DNA of 32,000 bases from an uncultured Flavobacteriaceae bacterium. Its GTDB lineage: Bacteria; Bacteroidota; Bacteroidia; Flavobacteriales; Flavobacteriaceae. The translations under genes were made by a program, and so were the position numbers. The stretch is taken from NCBI GenBank assembly GCA_964276095.1, contig CAXYDR010000003.1:486154-518153 (forward strand), read 5' to 3'. This document shows, in pieces, positions 8,012 through 16,484 of the stretch; the first letter of the stretch is position 1, and each line of letters starts with the position of its first letter. The notes below the pieces were generated by a model, which saw nothing but the letters and a program-made list of their open reading frames with translations, made no database searches and was not told where the DNA came from.

Positions 8012-8431
8012 ATGACTTCAAGAGACAATCTTCTTATTGCTATAGACTTTGACGGGACAATCGTTGAAGACACCTATCCAAATATTGGGAAGCCACAGCT
8101 ATTCGCATTTGAAACAATGAAAAGGCTGCAAAATGATGGACATCGATTAATATTATGGACATATAGATGTGGCAGTAAATTGGATGATGCAGTAGCGTTT
8201 TGTAAGCAAAACGGAATTGAATTTTACGCTATAAACAATACTTTTCCAAACGAAGAATATGATGGAAAAGAAAGTAGAAAAATTGGTGCAGATTTATTTA
8301 TTGACGATAGAAATATTGGTGGCTTTATTGGTTGGGGAGAAATTTACCAATCACTTACTAAAGAAACAGTTCCTAGTTTAAAAGCAAAACGAAAAAGTAT
8401 CTTTTCTTTTTTTAAAATCACAGATGATTAA
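8012..8431 (+). CDS. Small capless HAD-superfamily phosphatase-like protein (139 aa)
   Basis: HAD motif I DFDGT (IAIDFDGTIV) and motif IV-like FIDDR. No cap domain. Substrate unknown. Confidence 0.6.
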   Translation: MTSRDNLLIAIDFDGTIVEDTYPNIGKPQLFAFETMKRLQNDGHRLILWTYRCGSKLDDAVAFCKQNGIEFYAINNTFPNEEYDGKESRKIGADLFIDDRNIGGFIGWGEIYQSLTKETVPSLKAKRKSIFSFFKITDD

Positions 8432-8444
8432 ACTAAAATAGAAA

Positions 8445-8476
8445 AACCGTAATGAATTAAATTCGCTACGGTTTTT
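8445..8476. terminator. Bidirectional intrinsic terminator between convergent genes
   Basis: Stem AACCGTA/TACGGTT (8445-8451 with 8467-8473), with an A-run 5' and a T-run 3'. Confidence 0.6.
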
Positions 8477-8500
8477 CTGTTTTAAGAACTATTTCAACAC

Positions 8501-9769
8501 TTATTTGATACCATCAAAATAAGATTTAGCAATACTTTCTCTATGATTAGGGTGTGCTATTTTTACTAATTCAGCAACACGTTGCTTTATTGTTTTCCCG
8601 TATAAATTAGCTACCCCATATTCCGTAACTACATAATGAACATGTGCTCTAGTGGTAACCACTCCTGCTCCATTCTTTAAAAACGGCACGATTCTACTTA
8701 TCCCTTTACTTGTTTGTGACGGCAGTGCTAGTATAGCTTTTCCTCCATCACTAAGTGATGCTCCTCTAATATAATCCATCTGTCCTCCAACTCCAGAATA
8801 CATCTTAGTCCCGATAGAATCTGCACAAACTTGCCCAGTAACATCAATCTCAATTGCTGAATTGATTGCTACCATTTTTGGATTTTTCTTGATTATAGAT
8901 ACATCGTTTACATAATCAGCTGAACGCATTTCTATAAACGGGTTATCATCTACATAATCATATAATTTTTGAGTACCCATTAAAAATGTAGCCATTGATC
9001 GCCCTGGATTTACTCCTTTAAAATCACCATTAATGACATCCTTCAATATTAAATCTATTACTCCATCAGAAAACATTTCTGTATGTAACCCTAAGTTTTT
9101 ATGATTCCCTAGTCTTGACAAAACAGCATTAGGAATACTCCCAATCCCCATTTGCAAAGTACTTTCGTCATCAATTAGCTCTGCTATATAATCCCCTATT
9201 TTGTTTTCAACTTCACTAGGCTCAGGCAATAAATGTTCATGTATTGGTGACTCATGCTCTACAAAAACATCTAATTCAGATACATGAATAATCCCATCAC
9301 CATGAGTTCTTGGCATTTTAGGGTTGATTTGAGCAATTACCTTATTTGCATTACCGATAGCAGCTAAAGTTGCTTCAACAGAAACCCCCAAAGAACAATA
9401 CCCATGCTTATCTGGTGGAGAAACCTGAATAAAAGCCACATCAATAGGCACTATATTTCGTTTAAACAAAATAGGCAACTCACTTAAAAAAACAGGTGTG
9501 TATGAGCCATTTCCAGCTTTTAAAGTGTGTCGTACATTTTTACCAATAAAAAATGAATTTACGTGAAAACTATCTTTATAAATAGGATCGGCGTATGGTG
9601 TCCTACCCTCTATATGAAGGTGTGAAACTTCTACATTCCTTAATTCTTCATGTCTGGCAGACATTGCATCAATTAATATTTGTGGTGCGGCAGCGGCAGC
9701 CTGAATATATATTCTATTATTTGACTTGATAACTTTCACTGCTTCTTCTGCAGATACTGATTTGTACAT
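8501..9769 (-). CDS. Acetyl-CoA hydrolase/transferase family protein (4-hydroxybutyrate / acetate CoA-transferase-like)
   Basis: 422 aa. Family-typical segments: IQMGIGSIPNAV, HTEMFSDG, SAIEIDVTGQVCADSIG..SGVGGQMD, VVTEYG.A.L.G. Confidence 0.85.
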   Translation of the reverse strand: MYKSVSAEEAVKVIKSNNRIYIQAAAAAPQILIDAMSARHEELRNVEVSHLHIEGRTPYADPIYKDSFHVNSFFIGKNVRHTLKAGNGSYTPVFLSELPILFKRNIVPIDVAFIQVSPPDKHGYCSLGVSVEATLAAIGNANKVIAQINPKMPRTHGDGIIHVSELDVFVEHESPIHEHLLPEPSEVENKIGDYIAELIDDESTLQMGIGSIPNAVLSRLGNHKNLGLHTEMFSDGVIDLILKDVINGDFKGVNPGRSMATFLMGTQKLYDYVDDNPFIEMRSADYVNDVSIIKKNPKMVAINSAIEIDVTGQVCADSIGTKMYSGVGGQMDYIRGASLSDGGKAILALPSQTSKGISRIVPFLKNGAGVVTTRAHVHYVVTEYGVANLYGKTIKQRVAELVKIAHPNHRESIAKSYFDGIK

Positions 9770-9790
9770 AATATTTATTATTTTGAACTA

Positions 9791-9798
9791 CAAAAATA
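9791..9798 (-). promoter_or_regulatory. -7 box TATTTTTG upstream of the CoA-transferase gene
   Basis: Minus-sense TATTTTTG matches TAnnTTTG, 21 nt upstream of the ATG at 9769. Confidence 0.3.
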
Positions 9799-9880
9799 CA
9801 ACCTAAAAATAGCTGAAAAACTGTCAAAAATCATTTTTTAAAACATTTTTTACATCTTAAATTCTAACTTTTTAAATTAG

Positions 9881-9888
9881 TATATTTG
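9881..9888 (+). promoter_or_regulatory. -7 box TATATTTG upstream of map
   Basis: Exact TAnnTTTG match, 19 nt before the ATG at 9908. Confidence 0.4.
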
Positions 9889-9907
9889 CGGTCAAACTTA
9901 GCTTACA

Positions 9908-10714
9908 ATGATTAAATTAAAATCAAAAGAAGAAATAGAAATCATGCGCGAAAGCGCCTTAGTGGTTTCAAAAACATTAGGGGTTATAGCTGGAGAAATA
10001 AAACCAGGGATAACTTCATTATATTTAGATAAATTAGCTGAAGAACATATTAGAGATTTAGGGGCTATTCCTGGATTTCTTGGTCTTTATGACTTTCCTA
10101 ACACCTTATGTATTTCACCAAATGCACAAGTTGTACATGGTATACCTAACAATAAACCATTAGTAGAAGGAGATATTCTATCTGTCGACTGTGGAGCAAT
10201 ATTAAACGGTTACTATGGTGACCATGCTTATACATTTGAAGTTGGAGAAGTTGCTCCAGAAACAAAAAAATTACTTCAAGTAACTAAAGAAAGTTTATAC
10301 GTAGGTATTAGAGAGCTTAAAGAAAATAACCGAGTTGGTGATGTTGGTTTTGCAATACAAAAATACTGTGAAGACCGTGGATACGGTGTTGTTCGTGAAC
10401 TAGTTGGTCATGGATTAGGTAAAACTATGCATGAAGATCCGCAAATGCCTAATTACGGAAAACGAGGTAGAGGGAAAAAATTTAAAAACGGATTAGTAGT
10501 TGCTATTGAGCCAATGATAAACATGGGGACTCATAAAATTGAGCAATTACGTGACGGTTGGACCATTTTAACAGATGACAGAAAACCTTCTGCTCATTTT
10601 GAACATGATGTGGCTATTGTTGATGGAAAACCCCAATTACTTTCTACTTTCGATTATATCTATGAAGCTTTAGGTATTACAAGTACTGAAGAAGATGAAT
10701 TCAGAAAGAGATAG
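9908..10714 (+). CDS. map: Type I methionine aminopeptidase
   Basis: Metal-ligand context VHGIP, DCGA..NGYYGD, GHGLG, IEPM, FEHDV. 268 aa. Confidence 0.95.
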   Translation: MIKLKSKEEIEIMRESALVVSKTLGVIAGEIKPGITSLYLDKLAEEHIRDLGAIPGFLGLYDFPNTLCISPNAQVVHGIPNNKPLVEGDILSVDCGAILNGYYGDHAYTFEVGEVAPETKKLLQVTKESLYVGIRELKENNRVGDVGFAIQKYCEDRGYGVVRELVGHGLGKTMHEDPQMPNYGKRGRGKKFKNGLVVAIEPMINMGTHKIEQLRDGWTILTDDRKPSAHFEHDVAIVDGKPQLLSTFDYIYEALGITSTEEDEFRKR

Positions 10715-10726
10715 AAATAATTCTTG

Positions 10727-11500
10727 ATGAAGAAAATCTTCAAAATAATATTGAACACGATACCTAGGCCCTTATTAATTAGGGTTAGCTATCTGGTTCG
10801 TCCTGTTTTAGCGTTCATCCTAAAAGGAAGTACTTTCACTGATCCTATTGACGGAAAAAGCTTTAGTACTTTTCTTCCATACGGATATGGAAGTCAGAGA
10901 AACAACGTATTATCCCCTTCTACACTTTCATTAGAACGTCATAGACTATTATGGCTTTATCTAAAAAATGAAACTGACTTTTTCAATAATACAGAAAGTA
11001 AAAAAGTATTACACTTTGCACCTGAACAATGTTTCTACAAACGTTTTAGAAATCAAAGTAATATTGAGTATACAACTACTGATTTACTTTCTCCGTTAGC
11101 TGATGTAAAAGCAGACATTTGTAATCTCCCATTTGAGGATAATAGTTACGATATTATTTTCTGCAACCATGTTTTAGAACATATTCCTGATGATACTAAA
11201 GCGATGCAAGAATTATATAGGGTTTTAAAGCCTAAGGGAATGGCAATACTTCAAATCCCTCAAGAATTAGATCGTGAAACTACTTTTGAAGACAATACAA
11301 TTACTAATAAAACAGAGCGAGCAAAAATATTTGGTCAATATGACCATGTTCGTATATACGGCCGTGACTATTTCAATAAACTAAGAAGTATTGGGTTTAT
11401 CGTTGAAGAGATTGATTACACTAATACTCTTTCTGATAATGATACAGATAAATACTGTTTAGCAAAAGGAGAAATACTTCCCGTATGCTTTAAAGGTTAA
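10727..11500 (+). CDS. Class I SAM-dependent methyltransferase
   Basis: Methyltransf_11-like core: VLHFAPEQ (motif I variant), DIIFCNHVLEHIPDD, LKPKGMAILQIP. ATG at 10727 preferred over the TTG at 10724. Confidence 0.75.
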   Translation: MKKIFKIILNTIPRPLLIRVSYLVRPVLAFILKGSTFTDPIDGKSFSTFLPYGYGSQRNNVLSPSTLSLERHRLLWLYLKNETDFFNNTESKKVLHFAPEQCFYKRFRNQSNIEYTTTDLLSPLADVKADICNLPFEDNSYDIIFCNHVLEHIPDDTKAMQELYRVLKPKGMAILQIPQELDRETTFEDNTITNKTERAKIFGQYDHVRIYGRDYFNKLRSIGFIVEEIDYTNTLSDNDTDKYCLAKGEILPVCFKG

Positions 11501-11773
11501 ACCGTAGCGTTTATATTTCACAAAGCAATATACTTTTTAAACCATTATTAAAACCCCTGCGTTTTATCGGTGATTTTGCACTCTTTATGGTGCTTTTTTT
11601 TATTCTTAAAAATGCACGCAACATTTTAGAACTACTAGACAACAATTATTGCCACCTAATTAACATTTCCTTTATATTTATAATATCAAACTAAGTAACA
11701 CTTTTACCCAAAAATGATTACAGGTCGTTATATCAGAGGGGAACCCCAACTCTTCTAATATAAAAAGACAAAG

Positions 11774-11807
11774 AAAAAAGCTTAGTATTTACATACTAAG
11801 CTTTTTT
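11774..11807. terminator. Strong bidirectional intrinsic terminator
   Basis: 10-bp stem AGCTTAGTAT/ATACTAAGCT, 4-nt loop, A5 on the 5' side and T6 on the 3' side. It lies 27 nt downstream of the apbE stop on the minus strand. Confidence 0.8.
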
Positions 11808-11833
11808 CTTTTATAAGATTCACATTTGTATTT

Positions 11834-12814
11834 CTATGGGAAATCATTTAAACTTAGTGTTTTCAATAGCTTTTCCTTATCCTCATAAATAAAATACACC
11901 TGTAACTCAGGATGCTTTTTTAATAACTCTGTTACTTTTTCTATTCCCATTGCCTTAAAGGCAGTTGCATATGCATCAGCTTCCGCACAGGTTTGAGCAA
12001 TTACAGACACACTTAGTATATTTGTTTTACTCGGATAACCTGTTTTTGCATTAATAATATGTGAATATTTAGCTCCATTTGCATCTACCTTAAATTTACG
12101 GTATACCCCAGAAGTAGCCATAGCAACATTTTCTAAGCTAATTACTTTTTTATGGCTTTGGGTTTTATCAAAATTAGGTTCTTCTATACCTACTCTCCAT
12201 AAATTTGAAGATTCAATATTAATCCCTTTAGCAACAATTTCACCACCAATATCAATCAAATAATTTTGATGCCCTTTATTATTTAAAAACTCAGCAATTA
12301 CATCTAGGCCATAACCTTTCCCTATTGCGTTGAAATCAATAAAGGCTTTTTTAGTGTTTTTAATTTTTCCTTCAGAAATTGTTACGTTATTAAAACCTAC
12401 CGACTGCATTAAACTATCAATTTTAACACTATCTAACGCCACTACTTTACCTCCCGGTCCAAAATCCCATGCATTAACTAAAACACCAATAGTTGGGTCA
12501 AAAAAACCATTAGTCTCTTGATAAATTTCTTTTGAGACCTCAAATACTTTTTTAAAATGACGATCAATTAAAACTGTAGAATCCCCCTTATTAATTTTTG
12601 AAATATCTGAAGTTGGTATATAAGTTGACATTGACTTATTTACTTCTGAAAAAAGACTATCGTATTGTTTAGAATAATCAACCTCCTCATTATCAAAAAA
12701 CTGAATATTGTAATAGGTCCCGAAAACTTCGCCTGTTGTGAAATTATTAATAGGTTTTGTTTCTTGTTTACAAGAGATAATTATCAATAAGAATAGAATC
12801 GCTGTTTTTTTCAT
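11834..12814 (-). CDS. apbE: FAD:protein FMN transferase (ApbE/Ftp) lipoprotein
   Basis: Lipoprotein signal LLLIIISC. ApbE motifs: FDPTIGVLVNAWDFG, DFNAIGKGYGLD, MATSGVYRKF, HIINAKTGYP, AEADAYATA. Confidence 0.92.
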   Translation of the reverse strand: MKKTAILFLLIIISCKQETKPINNFTTGEVFGTYYNIQFFDNEEVDYSKQYDSLFSEVNKSMSTYIPTSDISKINKGDSTVLIDRHFKKVFEVSKEIYQETNGFFDPTIGVLVNAWDFGPGGKVVALDSVKIDSLMQSVGFNNVTISEGKIKNTKKAFIDFNAIGKGYGLDVIAEFLNNKGHQNYLIDIGGEIVAKGINIESSNLWRVGIEEPNFDKTQSHKKVISLENVAMATSGVYRKFKVDANGAKYSHIINAKTGYPSKTNILSVSVIAQTCAEADAYATAFKAMGIEKVTELLKKHPELQVYFIYEDKEKLLKTLSLNDFP

Positions 12815-12825
12815 TACTATATGTT

Positions 12826-13203
12826 TTAATTCATGTCTACATCAAGTGATTGTACACCTACATAGTCCAACAAATACGGTTGATTTAAGTACACTGGATC
12901 TCCTGTAACGTCTTTATTCCCCAAGCCTACCCCAGCATATAACACTTTTGCATCTTTACTTCTCGCATGCTCACGGAAAGTTTCCATCCACACTACATCA
13001 TAATCATCTGGTGATTCCGGCATCAAAACGGCCTTTACAATCACAAAATAATACTGAGCATTCTTATCGATACAAACATATTGTGGATTTCTTTTCAACT
13101 GGCTATTAATTGCTACAAACTCGTAACCTTGCGCTTCAAGATCTTTACCAACAATATTCATTGCTAGATTATGCAGTTCCTGTTTATTAAGTGGTTTTGA
13201 CAT
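12826..13203 (-). CDS. Hypothetical cytoplasmic protein (125 aa), no family recognised
   Basis: Clean ORF, 11 nt upstream of apbE and 32 nt downstream of the DUF4249 gene. No signal peptide or TM segment. The alpha-beta-beta-beta-alpha-beta pattern (GYEFVAIN / QYVCIDKN / YYFVIVKAV) loosely resembles a degenerate PD-(D/E)xK fold. Confidence 0.6.
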   Translation of the reverse strand: MSKPLNKQELHNLAMNIVGKDLEAQGYEFVAINSQLKRNPQYVCIDKNAQYYFVIVKAVLMPESPDDYDVVWMETFREHARSKDAKVLYAGVGLGNKDVTGDPVYLNQPYLLDYVGVQSLDVDMN

Positions 13204-13235
13204 TTGAGTTTAAAATTTGGTTGATAGATAAATAT

Positions 13236-14081
13236 TTATTGTACCGTGTATTGTGTATTATCTAATTCAGTCAATCTAAAATAACCATACGGGGTATTTA
13301 TTGCATTAGTTTTGTTAACACAATTTCCATTAACAGGAGCTGGCGTTGTACTAAATGGACCTTGGCCTTCTGTTTGCTGCAATAAAAGAGACATATAATT
13401 ATAATACTGTTCAGATATACCAATAAGTTCAATATTAACTTCATCTCCAGGGTTCAGAGCATCTAAATCACTATCTTCATCATCCTTCTCAAAGAAAATA
13501 GTCATTTCATTCCCATTGGTAAACTCATCCTTTATTGTTATAAAATAAGGAAGCACATCTGTTGTTTGCTGAAACTTAATTAAATAGTAATTTTCTTCAA
13601 GGACTGGGTCATTAAAAAAAATATTTACTTCAATTAAAGAATCATCAAAACCACCTGCAATGGTCTGGTTAATATTAGAAATAGACGCTACTGATTTAAA
13701 GGTTTCAACTGATGAATATTGCTCCCCTTCATATGCTATATCTAGTCGATACTCTGTGTTTAATTCTGGAGAAAAACTATTAGTTGTATAGGTCCCATCA
13801 CTATTATCCGTAAAAACAAAAATAGTACTATCTACAAGATTCATTACTTGAACATTTGCACCTACAGCAGGCACATTGTTTTGTAATGAAAAATAAGGAG
13901 TTGATAGCGATAATTTAATTAATTGTTCATTTCCAGAAGTACCTTTTTCCCAGTTTATACTTGCATCAATAACTAACTTGGGTGTTTCATTAGGAACGTC
14001 TATGTCCACAACATCTTCGCATGATAAAAGAAATACACTAAATATCACTAACAAATAATTTATAATAAAAAATCTTCTCAT
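13236..14081 (-). CDS. DUF4249-family lipoprotein
   Basis: Lipoprotein signal VFLLSCEDV. About 280 aa and directly downstream (13 nt) of a CarboxypepD_reg TonB receptor, which is the usual DUF4249 context in Bacteroidota. The family call is from context and memory, not an alignment. Confidence 0.6.
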   Translation of the reverse strand: MRRFFIINYLLVIFSVFLLSCEDVVDIDVPNETPKLVIDASINWEKGTSGNEQLIKLSLSTPYFSLQNNVPAVGANVQVMNLVDSTIFVFTDNSDGTYTTNSFSPELNTEYRLDIAYEGEQYSSVETFKSVASISNINQTIAGGFDDSLIEVNIFFNDPVLEENYYLIKFQQTTDVLPYFITIKDEFTNGNEMTIFFEKDDEDSDLDALNPGDEVNIELIGISEQYYNYMSLLLQQTEGQGPFSTTPAPVNGNCVNKTNAINTPYGYFRLTELDNTQYTVQ

Positions 14082-14094
14082 AACTATAGTATAT

Positions 14095-16470
14095 TTAAAA
14101 CTTAAAATTATAAGTTATAGCTGGAACTACACCAAATATCGATGTTCTAATTGCCTCATTAAAACCTGTTTTTTCATCCTGTCTAAAAGAAATTGACGCT
14201 GCATTTTTTCTGTTATATAAATTATACACACCAAAAATCCATTCACTTTTCCATTTTTTATTCTTATTTTTTCTAGGAGTTAAAGTTGCCGAAAGGTCTA
14301 ATCTATGGTAAGCTGGCAATCTATTGGCATTCCTCTCGTCATAACTAGCTATTGACAAGCCTTGGTACTGATATTGACCGTTTGGATAAGTTACTGGTCT
14401 TCCTGTTTGATAAATTACATTCGCTCCAAATTGCCATTTATCGTTTAATTTATAATTACCTGTTACGGATACATCATGAGGACGATCAAAACTTGTATTA
14501 TACCATTCCCCGTTATTAATACCTAATCCTCCTGCTTCACCTCCTTTAGTCTGTTGCTCAGATTTTGATAATGTATATGCAATCCAACCAGTTAAGCTTC
14601 CTTTATTTTTTTGAAATTGTAATTCCAAACCATAAGCTCTCATTTTTCCATTGAGTAATTGAGTTTCAATATAATCCTGAGCTATTAAATCAGAGCCATC
14701 AATATAATCAAGTCTATTCTCTATGTTTTTGTAATATGTTTCTGCTGAAAAAGAATATTTGCTCTCATTAATATTTTTGAAATAACCTACAGCATATTGA
14801 TCAGCTAATTGTGGTTTAATAAATTTACCACTAGGAGCCCAAACATCCAGTGGAGTAACAGATGACGTATTAGAAATTAAATGTAAATATTGAGCCATCC
14901 GATTATAACTTACTTTTACAGATGCTGTATTACTTAACTGATATGACAGTGCTAAACGAGGCTCAATATTGCCATAGTTTTTAATCGATTTATTTTTAGC
15001 AAAACTAGTTACACTAATATTATCAGTACTTTCATATATTTTAAGCTCCTCATTATATGTAACTGGAAGCCCGTTTGCATAATTCCCAACCTTATCTTCA
15101 CCTAACCTCATAAAATAACTATATCTAAATCCGTAGTTAGCAGTTAACTTTGGTGTTATTTTATGATTCATTGCTATATACAAACCATTTTCCAAGGCTT
15201 GCTTATTTTGTAATTTTCTATAATTAATACTTGATTCGGAAGAGGACGGAAGCACCTCTCCAGGATTAAACTTGTAATAAATGCTACTTACTCCGTAATT
15301 TAACGTGATTTTATTTGACAAGTAATGTTTTAAATCATACTTAAAATTATAATTCTTAATATCAGACTCCCAATCAAGTTTTATAAACTCTAGACCTAAA
15401 TTGTAATCATATTTACTATAGATTAGTGATAAGTTGGAAAATAATTTATTCGAAAAAATATGATTCCACCTTGCATTTAAAGAAGTGTTACCATAAGTAT
15501 TATTAAACGCATTTTCAAATTTAAATATATCCTGACCAAGATATCCAGAAAAATAAACTTTATCTTTTTTACTTAAAGAATAACCGGCTTTTAAATTTAA
15601 GTCATAAAAATAAGCAACATTCCCTTTCTGTTCTTCAGAGAAATTTAAAAACAAATGCCCATAAGACGCTCTTCCAGCTGCTAAAAAAGCTCCTTTATCT
15701 TTTTTGATTGGGCCTTCAGCCAATAATCTACTAGATATAACACCTATACCTCCATTTAAATGAAACTGTTTTTGATTCCCATCTTTCTGCCTAACATCTA
15801 ATACAGAAGATACCCTCCCTCCGTATTCTGCGGGGATTCCACCTTTATATAAGGTAACATCCTTGATTACATCATTATTAAATACAGAGAAAAATCCAAA
15901 TAAATGTGATGAATTGTAAATTATAGCTTCATCAAGCAATACTAAATTTTGATCAGAGGCACCACCGCGAACATTGAATCCGGCTGTTCCTTCTCCACCA
16001 TTTGTTACTCCCGGAAGTAATTGAATAGATTTTAATACATCCACCTCCCCTAGAACAACAGGTATTTGCTTAATCGTTTTTGCTTTCAGATTAGTGCTAC
16101 TCATTTGAGCAGCCTTTATATTTAAGCGTTCCTTGTCTTTGGTTTTGATAACAACCTCGTCTAAAACACCTGAATCTTCCCCCAAACCAAAATTTAGGGA
16201 TATGTCATCTATTAAGTCTATACTTTTAACTATTGTTTCATAGCCTACGAAACTAAAAACAATATTTTGTTTACCAGATGTAATAGTTAAAGAATAGAAA
16301 CCATACTGATTAGTTACAGTTCCAACTGAAGTACCTTTAACATATACGGTCGCACCTAATAAAGTTTCTCCAGTTTTAACATCAGTAACTACACCATTAA
16401 TTGTATGTTTTTCTTGAGCTTGTAAACCGAGGGCTAACAATAAAAAATGAATTATTAAAACATACTTCAT
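14095..16470 (-). CDS. TonB-dependent outer-membrane receptor with N-terminal CarboxypepD_reg domain
   Basis: Signal peptide ending LQAQ. INGVVTDVKTGETLLGATVYV (carboxypeptidase-regulatory-like). Plug segment (LPGV..GGEG..GFNVRGG..DQN). C-terminal beta-barrel ending ...ITYNFKF. Confidence 0.9.
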   Translation of the reverse strand: MKYVLIIHFLLLALGLQAQEKHTINGVVTDVKTGETLLGATVYVKGTSVGTVTNQYGFYSLTITSGKQNIVFSFVGYETIVKSIDLIDDISLNFGLGEDSGVLDEVVIKTKDKERLNIKAAQMSSTNLKAKTIKQIPVVLGEVDVLKSIQLLPGVTNGGEGTAGFNVRGGASDQNLVLLDEAIIYNSSHLFGFFSVFNNDVIKDVTLYKGGIPAEYGGRVSSVLDVRQKDGNQKQFHLNGGIGVISSRLLAEGPIKKDKGAFLAAGRASYGHLFLNFSEEQKGNVAYFYDLNLKAGYSLSKKDKVYFSGYLGQDIFKFENAFNNTYGNTSLNARWNHIFSNKLFSNLSLIYSKYDYNLGLEFIKLDWESDIKNYNFKYDLKHYLSNKITLNYGVSSIYYKFNPGEVLPSSSESSINYRKLQNKQALENGLYIAMNHKITPKLTANYGFRYSYFMRLGEDKVGNYANGLPVTYNEELKIYESTDNISVTSFAKNKSIKNYGNIEPRLALSYQLSNTASVKVSYNRMAQYLHLISNTSSVTPLDVWAPSGKFIKPQLADQYAVGYFKNINESKYSFSAETYYKNIENRLDYIDGSDLIAQDYIETQLLNGKMRAYGLELQFQKNKGSLTGWIAYTLSKSEQQTKGGEAGGLGINNGEWYNTSFDRPHDVSVTGNYKLNDKWQFGANVIYQTGRPVTYPNGQYQYQGLSIASYDERNANRLPAYHRLDLSATLTPRKNKNKKWKSEWIFGVYNLYNRKNAASISFRQDEKTGFNEAIRTSIFGVVPAITYNFKF

Positions 16471-16484
16471 ACAATGATTAATTT

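Noticed and set aside
11560-11625. Terminator for the methyltransferase gene (GCAC-N8-GTGC followed by T9, and GTGCTTTTT...AAAAATGCAC)
   Set aside because: The stems are only 4 bp of G/C plus A/T pairs with bulges, too weak to call. Transcription may instead end at the strong bidirectional hairpin at 11774-11807.
12826-13203. The 125-aa protein as an NqrM equivalent
   Set aside because: As I recall, NqrM (DUF539) is a small membrane-anchored protein with a conserved Cys cluster. This protein has no hydrophobic helix and only one Cys. Only the looser idea of an apbE-linked factor is kept, as a finding.
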